DNA of 59,826 nucleotides from NCBI GenBank assembly GCA_003707115.1, contig PPNB01000037.1, forward strand, positions 1-59,826. The letters run 5' to 3'. The notes beneath the pieces are model-generated. The model made no database searches and was not told the origin of the DNA. It was given only the letters and a program-made list of their open reading frames with translations. The stretch comes from Tortispora ganteri (lineage: Eukaryota). The position numbers were made by a program, and so were the translations under genes. How positions within the stretch are numbered: the first letter of the stretch is position 1; each line of letters opens with the position of its first letter. Below are positions 30,813-42,688 of this stretch, in pieces.

Positions 30813-31643
30813 ATGAAACTGTCACCGATGATATGGGCTATAGTCACTCTGCTTCCTCTAGCGATGTCTCATAGCGATGACCTGTGGGATTTCCCGGATG
30901 ACCACGATGACCACGATGATCATCATGACCATCATGACCATCATGACCATCATCCGCCAGACTATCATGAGCATCATCACCATCGAAAGCGCACACGTAT
31001 ATGCTGGCCTAGGAATGCCTTCTTACGGCCTACAGAAGGAGGATATGACGAGTTCTTTAGAGTACACAGGCAGAATTGTTATGGTCACTATTTTGTGACT
31101 GACCGCATTGCAGATATCTGGGTAACTCCATCTTGCACTGAATGGCTTGAGCCTGGTCTGCCGGAAGCCAAATGTCATGAAAAACACGGCTGTGGCCATG
31201 CCGAGAGAGGCTGGGGCTCATGTCATGGCGGCCACGATGGTCATCATGGAGGATGCGGTTGTGGCGGCGGAGGATACCTTCTGGACCCGCACAACGTAAC
31301 GGGTGAGTTCCCAGACATTGAACCTGGCGTCAGCAAGCTCAAGGACAGGCGATCTGACGACTACGAGTCCCTCGACCAAGAGGAACGAAATAGGAAAGCT
31401 TGGTATGAAGGTCTTGGAAACGATGTCAAATCGGGCGTATTTAGAAGAAGTCCTGAGCCACTCTTACATCATCATGACGAGTGTCATCACCATCACATGG
31501 ATGATGACGATGGCCTTGGTCACAATTACAAGGGAACCTATCGACTGCAAGATTGTCCTAGTCAAAGCGCACCCTTGTTACCTGACCGAAACTCGTATGA
31601 ATGCTGGGATACAGATGTTGATGTACTCATTATTGGAATTTAG
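30813..31643 (+). CDS. Secreted His/Asp/Cys-rich orphan protein, probable Kex2-processed precursor
   Basis: Signal peptide MKLSPMIWAIVTLLPLAMS; HDDHDDHHDHHDHHDHH; dibasic sites RKR, DRR, RR-SPEP. Confidence 0.75.
   Translation: MKLSPMIWAIVTLLPLAMSHSDDLWDFPDDHDDHDDHHDHHDHHDHHPPDYHEHHHHRKRTRICWPRNAFLRPTEGGYDEFFRVHRQNCYGHYFVTDRIADIWVTPSCTEWLEPGLPEAKCHEKHGCGHAERGWGSCHGGHDGHHGGCGCGGGGYLLDPHNVTGEFPDIEPGVSKLKDRRSDDYESLDQEERNRKAWYEGLGNDVKSGVFRRSPEPLLHHHDECHHHHMDDDDGLGHNYKGTYRLQDCPSQSAPLLPDRNSYECWDTDVDVLIIGI
30898..30953 (+). repeat. 9-bp coding tandem repeat (GACCACGAT/GACCATCAT) encoding DHD/DHH
   Basis: gatgaccacgatgaccacgatgatcatcatgaccatcatgaccatcatgaccatcat. Confidence 0.9.
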
Positions 31644-32148
31644 AGCTGCCTTCGTCTTGTATTATGAATAATTTAATTGGTTTGAGTGTTTTATTTGCAT
31701 GTTTTTATTTGCATGGCTTCTTTATACCATTACCATATAATGTTTTTCCTCCTTCGTGACAGACATCTGTGCTAATTCCCGGTAAATAAAGAGAAGATTG
31801 TAAATATCAACACGCAATTTGTGTAACTTACATATTATGTAGGTATCAATTTTCGGTTATCTATGGCGTTTGGCATCTCAGGGCTGCGAAGACCATCTTT
31901 CTTGCATCACACCAGACAGTCCCTCGTTTCCTACCCGCAAGATTTCTGAATCTCTGTATACTTTATTTAGCTAATCACATATTAGATATATATGTTACAT
32001 ATCTGAACGGCGTAGTAGCTGCTGCCAATAAAGCACTGTACTTTCCACGCAAATCGCTGCGACTGGTATATACGCCTCGACCCTCCCAATGTCGTCCGTC
32101 TACTACTTCACATAGAGTCAACTGACCATTTAACACTTATAAATAACC

Positions 32149-32746
32149 ATGGTACGTACATTGTATTATTTTGCTAATATATTGGAATCGCAAATTGCTA
32201 ACGTTATAGTTGAAGCTTATGGCTATGAAGCAGAAGCAACAGGCTAATGCAGGTGGTGTTAGCGGTGGCTCTAAGACATCCGCAGCGAAACTGAGAGCTC
32301 AAAAGGACATTACAGAACTAGAGCTACCAAAGACTATAAAGTTGGATTTCCCCGACCCTAACAATGTCATGGATTTTAACGTTTATATAACGCCAGATGA
32401 AGGATTCTACAAGAATGGCACCTTTTGCTTCTCTTTCGTCGTCGACGAGAGATTCCCTCACGAACCGCCGAAAGTCAAATGCAAGAACAAAGTATACCAC
32501 CCGAACATCGACTTAGAAGGAAGCGTATGTTTGAACATTCTCAGAGAGGACTGGAAACCGGTACTTAATCTGAACTCAGTTATAATAGGTGTTCAGCTTC
32601 TATTCTTAGAACCAAACCCTACTGATCCGCTCAACAAAGAAGCAGCTAAGGAACTTATGTCTGACAGATCTCTCTTTGCTCGAAACGTCGCTTCTGCTAT
32701 GCGGGGCGGTTTAGTTCATAACGAGTATTTCGACAAGGTTTTATAA
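32149..32746 (+). CDS. UBC12: NEDD8/Rub1-conjugating enzyme Ubc12; ATG-only exon 32149-32151, exon 2 from 32210
   Basis: 58-nt intron 32152-32209 (GTACGT..GCTAAC..TAG) gives [32 protein letters not shown]. Confidence 0.95.
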
Positions 32747-32978
32747 AAATCTCCTCAGCATCCACACTTGGGGTAACGGCTACATAGTCTATTATGAATA
32801 ATAGCACAGCATACAACATGGTCGTAGATTTTCTTACTGAATGGAATAGTTCAGTGTCTCTTTTTCCAAAGACTCAGATACACTTTATCTCTCTTTTTGA
32901 CAGTACTTAGTATCAGGATATATCTGTTAACATTAAGGCACAATATATATCGCTAAATAAAAGCCGGGGCTAGCAAGT

Positions 32979-34178
32979 TTAGTCCTGGTTCTCGGGACGG
33001 AGCTTGCGGACCTCTTTTCCGACCTGCCATATCTCTTGGTTATTGATCTCTTCCAACTCCTTCTCATAGAGTTCACGGTAGTTGGGCTGAGAGTTGTACT
33101 CAAGAGAGCGCTTGGTTTCCTTGCCGGTCTTGACGGAGTTGTAGAGATCGGCAAAAACAGGCTTCAAGGTGTCCTTGAAGCGAGAGGACCAGTCGATTGC
33201 TCCACGACGAGCAGTGGTAGAGCAGGCAGCATACATGTAGTCCATGCCGTTTGCTCCAACAAGGGGATAAAGAGACTGAGTGGCTTCCTCTACAGTCTCG
33301 TTGAATGCTTCAGATGGAGAGTGGCCGTTCTCACGGAGAATCTCGTACTGGGCAAGGAACATACCTTGCAAAGCACCCATCAAGCATCCACGTTCACCAT
33401 AGAGGTCAGAGTAGACCTCACGCTCAGCAGTAGTTTGGTAAAGGTATCCTGAACCAATGGCAACTCCAAGGGCAACGGCCTTCTCTTCGGCCTTGCCAGA
33501 GACGTCTTGGATAACAGCGAAGGATGAGTTGATACCACGGCCTTCCTTGAAAAGAGACCTGACGGTACGGCCTGATCCCTTGGGAGCGACCAAGATGACA
33601 TCAATATCTTTGGGGATATCGACATGAGTAAGGTCCTTGAACACAGGGGAGAAGCCGTGGGAGAAGTAAAGTGTCTTTCCTTTGGTGAGAAGAGGCTTGA
33701 TGGCTGGCCAGGTCTCAGACTGGGCAGCGTCAGAAAGCAGGTTCATGACATAAGTACCCTTTTCAATGGCTTCATTAACATCAAAAAGAGTTTTTCCGGG
33801 AACCCAACCATCCTCGATGGCGGCCTTCCATGAAGCACCGTCTTTTCGCACACCAACAATTACATTCAAACCGTTGTCGCGAAGGTTGAGACCTTGACCA
33901 TAACCTTGAGAGCCATATCCAATGACAGCGAAGGTGTCGTTCTTAAAGAACTCAAGGAGTTTTTCACGGGGCCAGTCGGCGCGCTCGTAGACAGTCTCAG
34001 GGATGCCCGGGGCAAATTCGATTTTCTTGACACCACGAGTCTGCTGAATGACAGCAGCGGTCATACGGTAAGCATTAGGGCGAGCCTTAGCAGCAGTGAC
34101 CAAAGTTCGGGTAATCGATCTGCTAGAAGCACGAGCACAGAGTCTGCTAGCAGCTTTTTGTGAAGATCTCGATAACAT
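32979..34178 (-). CDS. ILV5: Acetohydroxyacid reductoisomerase, mitochondrial
   Basis: Presequence MLSRSSQ; IGYGSQGYGQGLNLRDNG; SDLYGERGCLMG; EAFNETVEE. Confidence 0.97.
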   Translation of the reverse strand: MLSRSSQKAASRLCARASSRSITRTLVTAAKARPNAYRMTAAVIQQTRGVKKIEFAPGIPETVYERADWPREKLLEFFKNDTFAVIGYGSQGYGQGLNLRDNGLNVIVGVRKDGASWKAAIEDGWVPGKTLFDVNEAIEKGTYVMNLLSDAAQSETWPAIKPLLTKGKTLYFSHGFSPVFKDLTHVDIPKDIDVILVAPKGSGRTVRSLFKEGRGINSSFAVIQDVSGKAEEKAVALGVAIGSGYLYQTTAEREVYSDLYGERGCLMGALQGMFLAQYEILRENGHSPSEAFNETVEEATQSLYPLVGANGMDYMYAACSTTARRGAIDWSSRFKDTLKPVFADLYNSVKTGKETKRSLEYNSQPNYRELYEKELEEINNQEIWQVGKEVRKLRPENQD

Positions 34179-34522
34179 ATTAGGTACTATTTTCTGTTCA
34201 ATAAAGAAATGTAACAATAGAATAAACTGAACACGAAATTTTCGAGAAAGTATAGGCAGAGGCCGGGTAAACTCTCAACTTAAGGTTTTAATTGAGCCGA
34301 GAGCCGATCTTTCCATACTCTATTCCTTTTTAGATATAATTTGCTATGGAAACGAAACGTCCTGACAGCTGATTAAGGTTAGGGCTTTGGCTATCCCGTC
34401 TTCGAACATTTACGCTATGTAGTTAATTGATTCGTTAGTTCGTTTTCGTTTAGCTTGCTAACGTTCTTTTGTTACTTATTTCGTCCTGTATTAGATATCG
34501 CGCTGGCGCATTCTATTTATAC

Positions 34523-36247
34523 ATGCGAGCTGTTTTTTTCCAGTTGCTGTTGCTATGTCAGTTGACCTTCGGTATCGGTGCTGGCAACTTTGAAGAATCA
34601 TTTTCATTGATATCGCATGTAAGTGCTTTTACGCGACTGTCTCTTAAGCAAGCTATCTCTGTTAGTACTGGAGTCATTCAGAGGTATTATACAAACCTGC
34701 AAAGTTTGGTGTTTGAAACTAGAAATGCTAAATTGTCTGAACAGGGACTACGCGTACTTTCCGAAGATGATTGGAACGATATCATATCCGGCAATGTTGT
34801 GCGACTATCGCAGTCTAACGAGGATGAAAGCCAAACTTCTACGTGGGGTATAAGCTACTCTGGTGAACTATATGCTGGCCAGAAAGTCGTTTATTCTTTA
34901 CCTGCGAATGGTATGGGACAAAATATCGTTACACTGATGACGTGTTCTCAACCTGCTGTATTAAATCAGGAAAAATATTTCAATGCAACTTCGCCTGGTG
35001 ACTTAACTTTGCGCATCTCAGGGATGTTCAATATCTCTAACTCTAGGAATCGTACTGCAAATACCACGGTAGCAGTTGCTAGTGAAGCTAGAACGTCTTT
35101 TGGGTATGTACAACAGCTCCTTTCGAACAGCTACGTTGGAGATATATACCTGATCGTAGAAGCGCCCTCCAATTTGACCGGAAATGTTTCATATTCGTCT
35201 GAGGATTCGTGGAGTTACATTTTGGAGCCAACTGCGCTCTCTCCTAAGTACGGGTATGTTGACTCTCCTTATCTATTCTGGGCTGATTCGGATGCTGACA
35301 GCGCATTACTAGTTTCAGCTAACCTCACTTATTTTGAATTGAGTACCAATGTATCTGTGGATGATACTGGTTTATATGTGTTGGTATACGACCAAAATTC
35401 ATATCTGAATAGCGCTGCAAACTACTTGTGCTATTCGTACTGTGCGGCAATCAATGGACCAATACTGTATACCAACGATAATGCGTCTCTATCAATATTT
35501 AAGTCAGGCACTGAAGTTGCAAAAGAGCGGTGGTTTTTTGAGAACTTAGAAACCAATAGCAGCTATGCCGCTGTTCTTACTGTTCTCGACGAGAGCGGAA
35601 GTGGAGGTATTCTTTGCAGTGCAATACCATTTCAGACTATGACAAACGACGCTTGCGAACTGATTTATGATCTCAGTTTTTGCGAGGATGTCGCATACTC
35701 TGTACCTGCTAATAATTCTTTATTTAATAGGACTGAGCTTGCGACGTTTTATGATGACCTGGCGAAATCATATTACCAGAACTTCACGTTCACAATGCAA
35801 CAAATGGATTGCGAAGCAGAAGATGAGGCTAGGTTTTCTCCTCTTAGAGATTGCGCTGATTGCGATCTCGCGTACAAAAGTTGGCTGTGTGCTACCAATA
35901 TTCCACGGTGCCTTTCTCCGGAACTGAATACGCCCTATGCGATGCTGCGAGAACCTGGGAGCTCACGAAATGAGAAAATAGATGAAGTTGTCGCACCTGG
36001 GCCGTATTTGGAGATTTTACCTTGCTATGATATCTGCTGGTCTGTTATGCAAAACTGCCCTTCAGCTCTAGTTTTTAATTGCCCTAATTCGAATTTAGGG
36101 CTCGATGTCGCTTATGCGGCTAGAGATCAAAGTGGTTTGATTACTTGCTCCTACCTCGGGGCACTGTACTTTGAGAGCAGATCTAACAGCGTACCCATTC
36201 CCTGGATTTTAATGATTTTGATGATTCTAACAGTGATTTCGGTTTAA
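34523..36247 (+). CDS. MID1: Ca2+ channel subunit Mid1
   Basis: Signal peptide, many N-glycan sequons, Cys-rich CELIYDLSFCEDVAYSVP, YKSWLCATNIPRC, EILPC..C. Confidence 0.9.
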   Translation: MRAVFFQLLLLCQLTFGIGAGNFEESFSLISHVSAFTRLSLKQAISVSTGVIQRYYTNLQSLVFETRNAKLSEQGLRVLSEDDWNDIISGNVVRLSQSNEDESQTSTWGISYSGELYAGQKVVYSLPANGMGQNIVTLMTCSQPAVLNQEKYFNATSPGDLTLRISGMFNISNSRNRTANTTVAVASEARTSFGYVQQLLSNSYVGDIYLIVEAPSNLTGNVSYSSEDSWSYILEPTALSPKYGYVDSPYLFWADSDADSALLVSANLTYFELSTNVSVDDTGLYVLVYDQNSYLNSAANYLCYSYCAAINGPILYTNDNASLSIFKSGTEVAKERWFFENLETNSSYAAVLTVLDESGSGGILCSAIPFQTMTNDACELIYDLSFCEDVAYSVPANNSLFNRTELATFYDDLAKSYYQNFTFTMQQMDCEAEDEARFSPLRDCADCDLAYKSWLCATNIPRCLSPELNTPYAMLREPGSSRNEKIDEVVAPGPYLEILPCYDICWSVMQNCPSALVFNCPNSNLGLDVAYAARDQSGLITCSYLGALYFESRSNSVPIPWILMILMILTVISV

Positions 36248-36379
36248 ATACACATCACAAATAATTATTAATAGCTTCAACCTGAAACTGTAGCTGTGCA
36301 GCCGGCCTTATTACTACTTACTGCCTTTTAAAACTCTCTCCCAAGAGCCGATCGGCTTCACCATTCTCTTCGCTGCTCA

Positions 36380-37828
36380 ATGACATCTCGCGGGTCAATA
36401 TTACAATATATTCGATGGCGGCCTATTTTGCACTTTGAATCGAGCTATTCAAGCGGCTTCCGTTATATACGAAAGTACTCTGACGATGCCGACAACAACC
36501 CAGACCGCCCACATAGAATGTCCTCATCGCCAGTGCCTACGACGCGAATCGGCAGGATGCTCCATTTCGGCGGTCTGGCTGCATCAATTGGAATAGGAGT
36601 TGTTGAAGAAGGAATTAAGAGAATAGGAAACTCTGGATCTGGTGGTGGACTAGTTTTGAGTGGCAGAAACCTCGAAAGACTTGCAAAAAAGATGAATCGA
36701 ATGCGAGGTGCCGCCTTGAAACTTGCGCAAATGCTCTCTTTTCAAGACGACAGCGTTGTGCCGCCTCAGGTTAGAGAGTTACTCTCTAAAGTTCAAGACT
36801 CTGCTGACTATATGCCATTTTCTCAATTGACCAAAATCCTTAATGATGACCTAGGTGAAGGCTGGCGAGATAGACTGTTTTCTGAATTTGAACAAATTCC
36901 GATGGCTGCAGCATCTATTGGACAAGTTCACGCTGCTCGGCTTATAAATGGAGATTATGTGGCTGTGAAAATACAGTACCCTGGTATTGCTCAGAGTATA
37001 CAGAGTGATCTCGACAATCTGACGATGCTTTTGCATGCGTCTAACCTGCTACCAAAAGGCCTATTCCTGGAGAGTACTATTGCTAATGCTCGTACCGAAT
37101 TGGGATGGGAATGCGATTACGTACGTGAAGCTAAATCGCTTATTAGATTTGAGGAGCTTCTTGCTGATGATCCTGTCTTTTACGTACCAAAGCTATACCC
37201 AGAAGCCAGCGGAGTCAAAGTGCTCACAATGGAGCGCTTGCAGGGCATCGCCGTCACTAAGGCGGCTCCTAGTTTAACGCAAGAAAAAAAGGACTGGATA
37301 GCCTCATCTATTCTTGGCCTTTCTCTGCGTGAAATTGCTGAGTTCAAATTCATGCAAACAGACCCGAACTGGACCAACTTCTTTTACAACGCAAAAACCA
37401 ACCAAATTGAACTATTAGACTTTGGCGCCGCTCGTGGCTACTCTGAGGAATTCATAGAAAAATATACTGCTCTATTGCGCGCTGCTATTAAAGAAGACTC
37501 CGCAACTTGTGAGAAACTGTCGCATGACCTAGGATATTTAACAGGTGGCGAATCTCGTGATATGATTGAAGCGCATGTAAATTCAATTCTCACTCTAGCA
37601 GAAGCGTTCCGCCCCACGGCAAGCGGAATTTATGACTTCTCAAATCAAACTATTACCGATAGAGTACGCGAGCAAATACCTTTGATGCTCTCTAAAAGGC
37701 TTACTCCTCCTCCTGAAGAGACCTATTCGCTACATCGCAAGCTATCGGGCGCGTTCTTACTATGTGCTCGACTTAAAGCTAAAGTACCATGCCATGAATT
37801 ATTTGCAAAATATATAGGTCTGGACTAA
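36380..37828 (+). CDS. COQ8: ABC1/UbiB atypical kinase Coq8
   Basis: [58 protein letters not shown]. Confidence 0.96.
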   Translation: MTSRGSILQYIRWRPILHFESSYSSGFRYIRKYSDDADNNPDRPHRMSSSPVPTTRIGRMLHFGGLAASIGIGVVEEGIKRIGNSGSGGGLVLSGRNLERLAKKMNRMRGAALKLAQMLSFQDDSVVPPQVRELLSKVQDSADYMPFSQLTKILNDDLGEGWRDRLFSEFEQIPMAAASIGQVHAARLINGDYVAVKIQYPGIAQSIQSDLDNLTMLLHASNLLPKGLFLESTIANARTELGWECDYVREAKSLIRFEELLADDPVFYVPKLYPEASGVKVLTMERLQGIAVTKAAPSLTQEKKDWIASSILGLSLREIAEFKFMQTDPNWTNFFYNAKTNQIELLDFGAARGYSEEFIEKYTALLRAAIKEDSATCEKLSHDLGYLTGGESRDMIEAHVNSILTLAEAFRPTASGIYDFSNQTITDRVREQIPLMLSKRLTPPPEETYSLHRKLSGAFLLCARLKAKVPCHELFAKYIGLD

Positions 37829-37914
37829 TGTTGGCAACTGTAGATATATGTATAAATGTTATTTATATAAATGTGCGTGATATAGGTATTAGCCGTAGTT
37901 GATAGCTATTGGAA

Positions 37915-40900
37915 CTAACCAAAATCTTCCCCGAAGCTGTCATCTAGAAAAACAGATCGGTATTGTCGATTCATTAAGTCTTGCTGTAGACTATCTTCCT
38001 CGTCTTCAAGTTGATATCCTGTCTCGGATCCTAATACAGACAGAAGAACCGGCAAGAAAATAAGGGCATGAACAGCAGCGAGCACTATGAGTGCCAACCA
38101 GACTCTGAAGTAGTAGACTTCATATATTTTAGATCGCGTAAAGGCCAAAACAATTATACCAATTAGCTTGGTCATCGTGATTCCACCTAAAACAGAGCCC
38201 CCAACTGACGCTAGTGCGGATATGACTCGCTTGTCTCGAGCCGGAATTCTACCTCTGATCAAATCCAGCACAAGAGTATTCGGGTACATAAATGATCGAC
38301 AAATATGAACACAAAATTCAACAGAAATACCCACACAGATGATTAGATTCACCAGCGACATAGCATTTAACGAAATACCCCATACGCTCATAACTCCCAC
38401 AATATCCACAATAATCATGATCACTGTCATGCCTAAGATCAATCCAGAAATTAAAGAGCCGATAAAAAAAGCCGTAACAACAATAAGAAGAGCAACTGCA
38501 AGAGAAATAAGCTGAATAGACAAGTTCTGAATGTTCAGATACTGGTCAAAGAATATGTAAAAAACGCTGTAGGGAAACACGTCAAGTCCGGTCATTTCAC
38601 TAATATGATCAGATATTGTTCGCGCACTCTTGTATGCATTTATATAGTCTGATTGACTCTTTAGAGAAGTGTGAAACGTCCTAAAATGTGAAGCAATAAT
38701 CTCTTCTGTAACATAATTAGGAACAACAGCGTTTCCAAAGGCTGCCTTTCCTCCAAGTGGGCAAGGTTCGGGACTTGCATCCAGCCATAGCTTCAAATAG
38801 TTCATGAACTCCTCCCTTTCTGGAATTCCTGTCATATTAATCGACCAGGGGTGATCTTTGAAACAAACATCACAGAATTTAGATGGGTCGTTATCACCAC
38901 ATAGCCTTAAGGACGGCAGGTCTCTTGTATCAATCAGGCAACACTGGTCTAACTCAGGATTAAGCCAGTGAAGATAAGTGTCTAACCAGCTAGCTGGCGA
39001 GTCGGCAATGTAAGATATCTTTGATCTTTTGCTCTCTTGTTCAATAATGTTAACAAGTGAAAACTCATTGCACGAAGAAAAACTTCCGCATAGCTGCTGC
39101 TGTCCGTCTAAGTAAGTGATGTTGCCTTCTCTAACAACAAAATATACAGGGGGCCCTTGTCTGTAATACTCGTCCAAATCGTTAAAGTAATGTATTAGAT
39201 AGGAAGTATCTGGCAGTGCGAGGCGTTGATCCAGCCCTAATTGTAAGTCGGGAAAACACATCAAAGCCGCTATAAATCCTGTGAAGAAAAACAGCACCAC
39301 TATTAACTTTGAAGCTTTTTTCATTAAAAATGGAGCATAATATTTCCGAATAAACGTTGACAAAGTATATGGATAGTAGTCTTCAGTGACCCCGCTCAGC
39401 AGTTGGATACAAGGAAGACAGTCAACTCGTCTAGCCTCCAGTCTTTTTTGGTCGAGGGATATGACAGCTATGAGGAAGGTCAATTGAAGCCATGCATTGG
39501 CAATAACTGCACCTGCTGCATAGATAGCAAAATTCCTCACCGCAGGCATGTCAACAATAGTGGCAATCAAAAATGTGATAGTTTCTGATAAAGTAGAGAG
39601 AAATATACTCGGTCCTACTCTAGCTAGAGCCCTGGATACTCTGTATTCCACAGTTTCAGCATTATATGACTCACTTATCAAATTCAGTTCATGAACTAAC
39701 AAGAATATGTTATCGACGCCTATAGCGAGAACTAGAAACGGAATAACTTCGGCAACAATCAAAGTCATTTTAACGCCAAATAAAGAAAAAAATCCAATTG
39801 ACATTGAAATAGACATTACCACAATTATGACGCCAACAAATCCCAATAGACCTCTTGAATCTATGATACATGCCAAAGAGGTCAAGTTAAGAAAAGATCT
39901 GCGCCCTAAAGTTATAGAAACATAGCAGAGCATCACGAGATATGAAATAATGACAATCTTGATGTCTGTGTTTCCAGATTGATTGAGTTCTTTCTTAAGC
40001 GAGCTCTCGGTAGACAAAGAAAGACTTAACCCTCGAGCCTTGGCCTCTGGAATTTTATTCAGCAGAAACTTTTCAAGTTCGGCTTCCCACAGAGTAACGC
40101 GTTCAATATAAGAAGGGGTTTCGCTGTTGCTGACAATAAACGTAACAGCAATTGCATCTGAGTCCAGAACACTCTTTTCTTCTGAAAAGTTGCTATAACC
40201 AAAAATCATCTTAGGGTCTAAAGGCTGCATGAATGGAGGTAAACATTGAACAGGAGAATCGGTGCAGTCAATCAGGTTCTGCTTGTACGAGTCAGGTTGA
40301 AAATTATCAATGTCACCGCTAAAATACTGCGTAAATGACTGTATGACACAGGCATCGCCCATTGGTTTTAAGCAAAAATTGTCAAAGGTGTCGCCATTAG
40401 AAGCAGTCAACTCAACAATGCTCTGCTCCACCTCAAACCACCAAGCCAAATTTTCATAGCTCATCACTGATTCATTCTCGCTGGCAAGGAATATTTGCTC
40501 AATCCTGTAGAAAGGCCCAAAATTACGGTCAAAGAATTCTTTCTCCTGCAAAGCACTTGAGCGAGGACCAACCCAGAGGTTAACTGGCTCGTCTTCCACT
40601 GTGAACTTTGCAACGCCAGAGGAAAGAGCACCAACAATAACCAGTGACCCTATTATGATATACACAGCATAATTGGCACAAAAATAGCCAAGGCGACCAA
40701 ACCAGCTAGACAGAAATGCGTTGACTGGGTATACATAAGAGGAGCCATCCATGATATCTCCGGCATCATAGACTAAGTCTTCTTCATAGTCAGGATACTC
40801 GTCTTCTTGAAGCAGCTGTACGTGATCAAACGTATCGATGATACCGTGTTCCTTGCAGTACAGAACCATGGCATATCCTATCACAACAAGAACGAGAACG

Positions 40901-41724
40901 CTGGCATAGAGAACTATTACACCAAATGAGAAGCAATGCAACAGCCCTACTTTGCACGTCTCGTCTATATGGGTTTGCCATGGAAGTTCTGGGCAAACAT
41001 CAGGACAATCAGAGCAAGAGCACCTAAAATCAGGATCAGAATCGTTACAAGGATGCACAGGGTTGGAAAGCAGATGCATTCCTGGAATATCAGTTTCATA
41101 ACGGAAATTTATCTGAAAAGGAGAGCCTCCAAGTAAGGGTTTTTCATCACCTAAAAACTTCAAAAATGCGGAATAGTTTTGAGCTCCTCCACCTATTAGA
41201 TCCATCACACGTCCATTCATAGAGGAGAACTTAACATCTTTGCAAGAATCATAGAACTCAGAGGCTTGCTTTGGTGAAACATAAACAGACATTTCCGTTA
41301 CTATATCCAAACCCGTAGTAGACTTGCCTATCTGAGTGACATTGATGAACGTAGATTGATCGGGGCTGCATGTCATATGACAAAACAAATCAAAGAAATT
41401 TGCTTTGCAAGCAGGACATGCTGAAAGTAAAGGCTCCACCCTTTTAAAATTTTCTCGCATCTGATCTATCTGAGACTTAACGCAGCATACATCCATATCG
41501 ACCCACTTGGACCCACATAAGTTGACTAGATCAACTCTCAGAGAGTCGTCAGGCGTTTCGGCATTGCCGTTATCGGGGCAAGGCAATTCGCTGCCCCAGA
41601 AGCTTTTCTTGCCGCACACGTCTCTATTGGCGCATACACCTTTAGAATGTATATCCGTGGCAATCACAAAGGTAAAAAAGCAGGTGAAGATATACAACCA
41701 CATCAGAGTACCGTTAATCATCAT
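37915..41724 (-). CDS. NCR1: Niemann-Pick C1-like sterol transporter Ncr1
   Basis: Cys-rich N-terminal domain (CPACKANF..CSPDQS), FGPFYRIEQ, sterol-sensing domain EVIPFLVLAIGVDNIF, GISVEFC. Confidence 0.96.
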   Translation of the reverse strand: MMINGTLMWLYIFTCFFTFVIATDIHSKGVCANRDVCGKKSFWGSELPCPDNGNAETPDDSLRVDLVNLCGSKWVDMDVCCVKSQIDQMRENFKRVEPLLSACPACKANFFDLFCHMTCSPDQSTFINVTQIGKSTTGLDIVTEMSVYVSPKQASEFYDSCKDVKFSSMNGRVMDLIGGGAQNYSAFLKFLGDEKPLLGGSPFQINFRYETDIPGMHLLSNPVHPCNDSDPDFRCSCSDCPDVCPELPWQTHIDETCKVGLLHCFSFGVIVLYASVLVLVVIGYAMVLYCKEHGIIDTFDHVQLLQEDEYPDYEEDLVYDAGDIMDGSSYVYPVNAFLSSWFGRLGYFCANYAVYIIIGSLVIVGALSSGVAKFTVEDEPVNLWVGPRSSALQEKEFFDRNFGPFYRIEQIFLASENESVMSYENLAWWFEVEQSIVELTASNGDTFDNFCLKPMGDACVIQSFTQYFSGDIDNFQPDSYKQNLIDCTDSPVQCLPPFMQPLDPKMIFGYSNFSEEKSVLDSDAIAVTFIVSNSETPSYIERVTLWEAELEKFLLNKIPEAKARGLSLSLSTESSLKKELNQSGNTDIKIVIISYLVMLCYVSITLGRRSFLNLTSLACIIDSRGLLGFVGVIIVVMSISMSIGFFSLFGVKMTLIVAEVIPFLVLAIGVDNIFLLVHELNLISESYNAETVEYRVSRALARVGPSIFLSTLSETITFLIATIVDMPAVRNFAIYAAGAVIANAWLQLTFLIAVISLDQKRLEARRVDCLPCIQLLSGVTEDYYPYTLSTFIRKYYAPFLMKKASKLIVVLFFFTGFIAALMCFPDLQLGLDQRLALPDTSYLIHYFNDLDEYYRQGPPVYFVVREGNITYLDGQQQLCGSFSSCNEFSLVNIIEQESKRSKISYIADSPASWLDTYLHWLNPELDQCCLIDTRDLPSLRLCGDNDPSKFCDVCFKDHPWSINMTGIPEREEFMNYLKLWLDASPEPCPLGGKAAFGNAVVPNYVTEEIIASHFRTFHTSLKSQSDYINAYKSARTISDHISEMTGLDVFPYSVFYIFFDQYLNIQNLSIQLISLAVALLIVVTAFFIGSLISGLILGMTVIMIIVDIVGVMSVWGISLNAMSLVNLIICVGISVEFCVHICRSFMYPNTLVLDLIRGRIPARDKRVISALASVGGSVLGGITMTKLIGIIVLAFTRSKIYEVYYFRVWLALIVLAAVHALIFLPVLLSVLGSETGYQLEDEEDSLQQDLMNRQYRSVFLDDSFGEDFG

Positions 41725-42052
41725 AAAAAAGTCGATTGTTCGCAATCTTTACGCCAAACCCATGTAGTTTTTGGGATGCTAACTAATAGTCAAGTTATAC
41801 AAGGTTGCAACAGATAAATCAGTTAGGTAGAGTTACTTTTGAAACAATCTATTCCTAGCAGGAGACGTATATAAAAGAAATATGATGAAGTATATCGAAA
41901 TACAAGATCAGATTCAGATGTGGCATTGATACAAACGAGTACCATGGCGATAATGAACCAATCATGGTGGATTCCTACAAATTAACGTTAAAGTCATTGA
42001 TAATAACTTAGGGTTATTATAAACCTGTAACCTATTGTGGGGATGGAATTTT

Positions 42053-42125
42053 GGTCTAGTGGCCTAAAGGTTAAGGCGCTGCTTTCCGGAGGCAGAGATT
42101 GCGGGTTCGAGTCCCGCCTGGATCT
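42053..42125 (+). tRNA. tRNA-Arg(CCG)
   Basis: GGTCTAG..TGGCCTAAAGGTTAAGGC G CTGCT TTCCGGA GGCAG AGATT GCGGG TTCGAGT CCCGC CTGGATC T, then TTTT. Confidence 0.92.
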
Positions 42126-42688
42126 TTTTATGCAGACTTTTTTTCAAAACACAATCTAATTGAACCTATTTTTTTTTTTTTGAGTAATATTAACTGCTAT
42201 ATACTACAGCATATAACACTCTTATACTTTTGTCCTCTATCCAAGTTTACTACACGCAACCATTCCGATATTCATCTCTGTCTCAGGGATTGAATTCTTC
42301 GCCCATAAAGAAAGCCCTGGAATGACGTCTCAATGGTGCATCATGATTGGCTGATTTTTGTTGGCAATTGAAACAGGTATTATACCACATAGTAACCAAT
42401 TCCTTTTCTTTCGATTCACTAATACCTGATCCACATACGCTTTATTTACTAAAGGTAAGTCAAAAATTCAGTATATGTACTTCCTATCCGAATATTTTGG
42501 TCGAATAGTTTTTAATTGTATTTATCGATGCAAGATTTCTCTTCAATTTAGCTTGGAGCATAAGTGCTAGTAACCTTGATTATTGTCTTGTTGTTCTCTT
42601 GGTTTTCCAATACATGTTGCCCCTCTTGCGACTTGTTGGAAAACAACGCGGCAATTGCAGCAAATTACATTTACGTCGCCAAGTAAAT

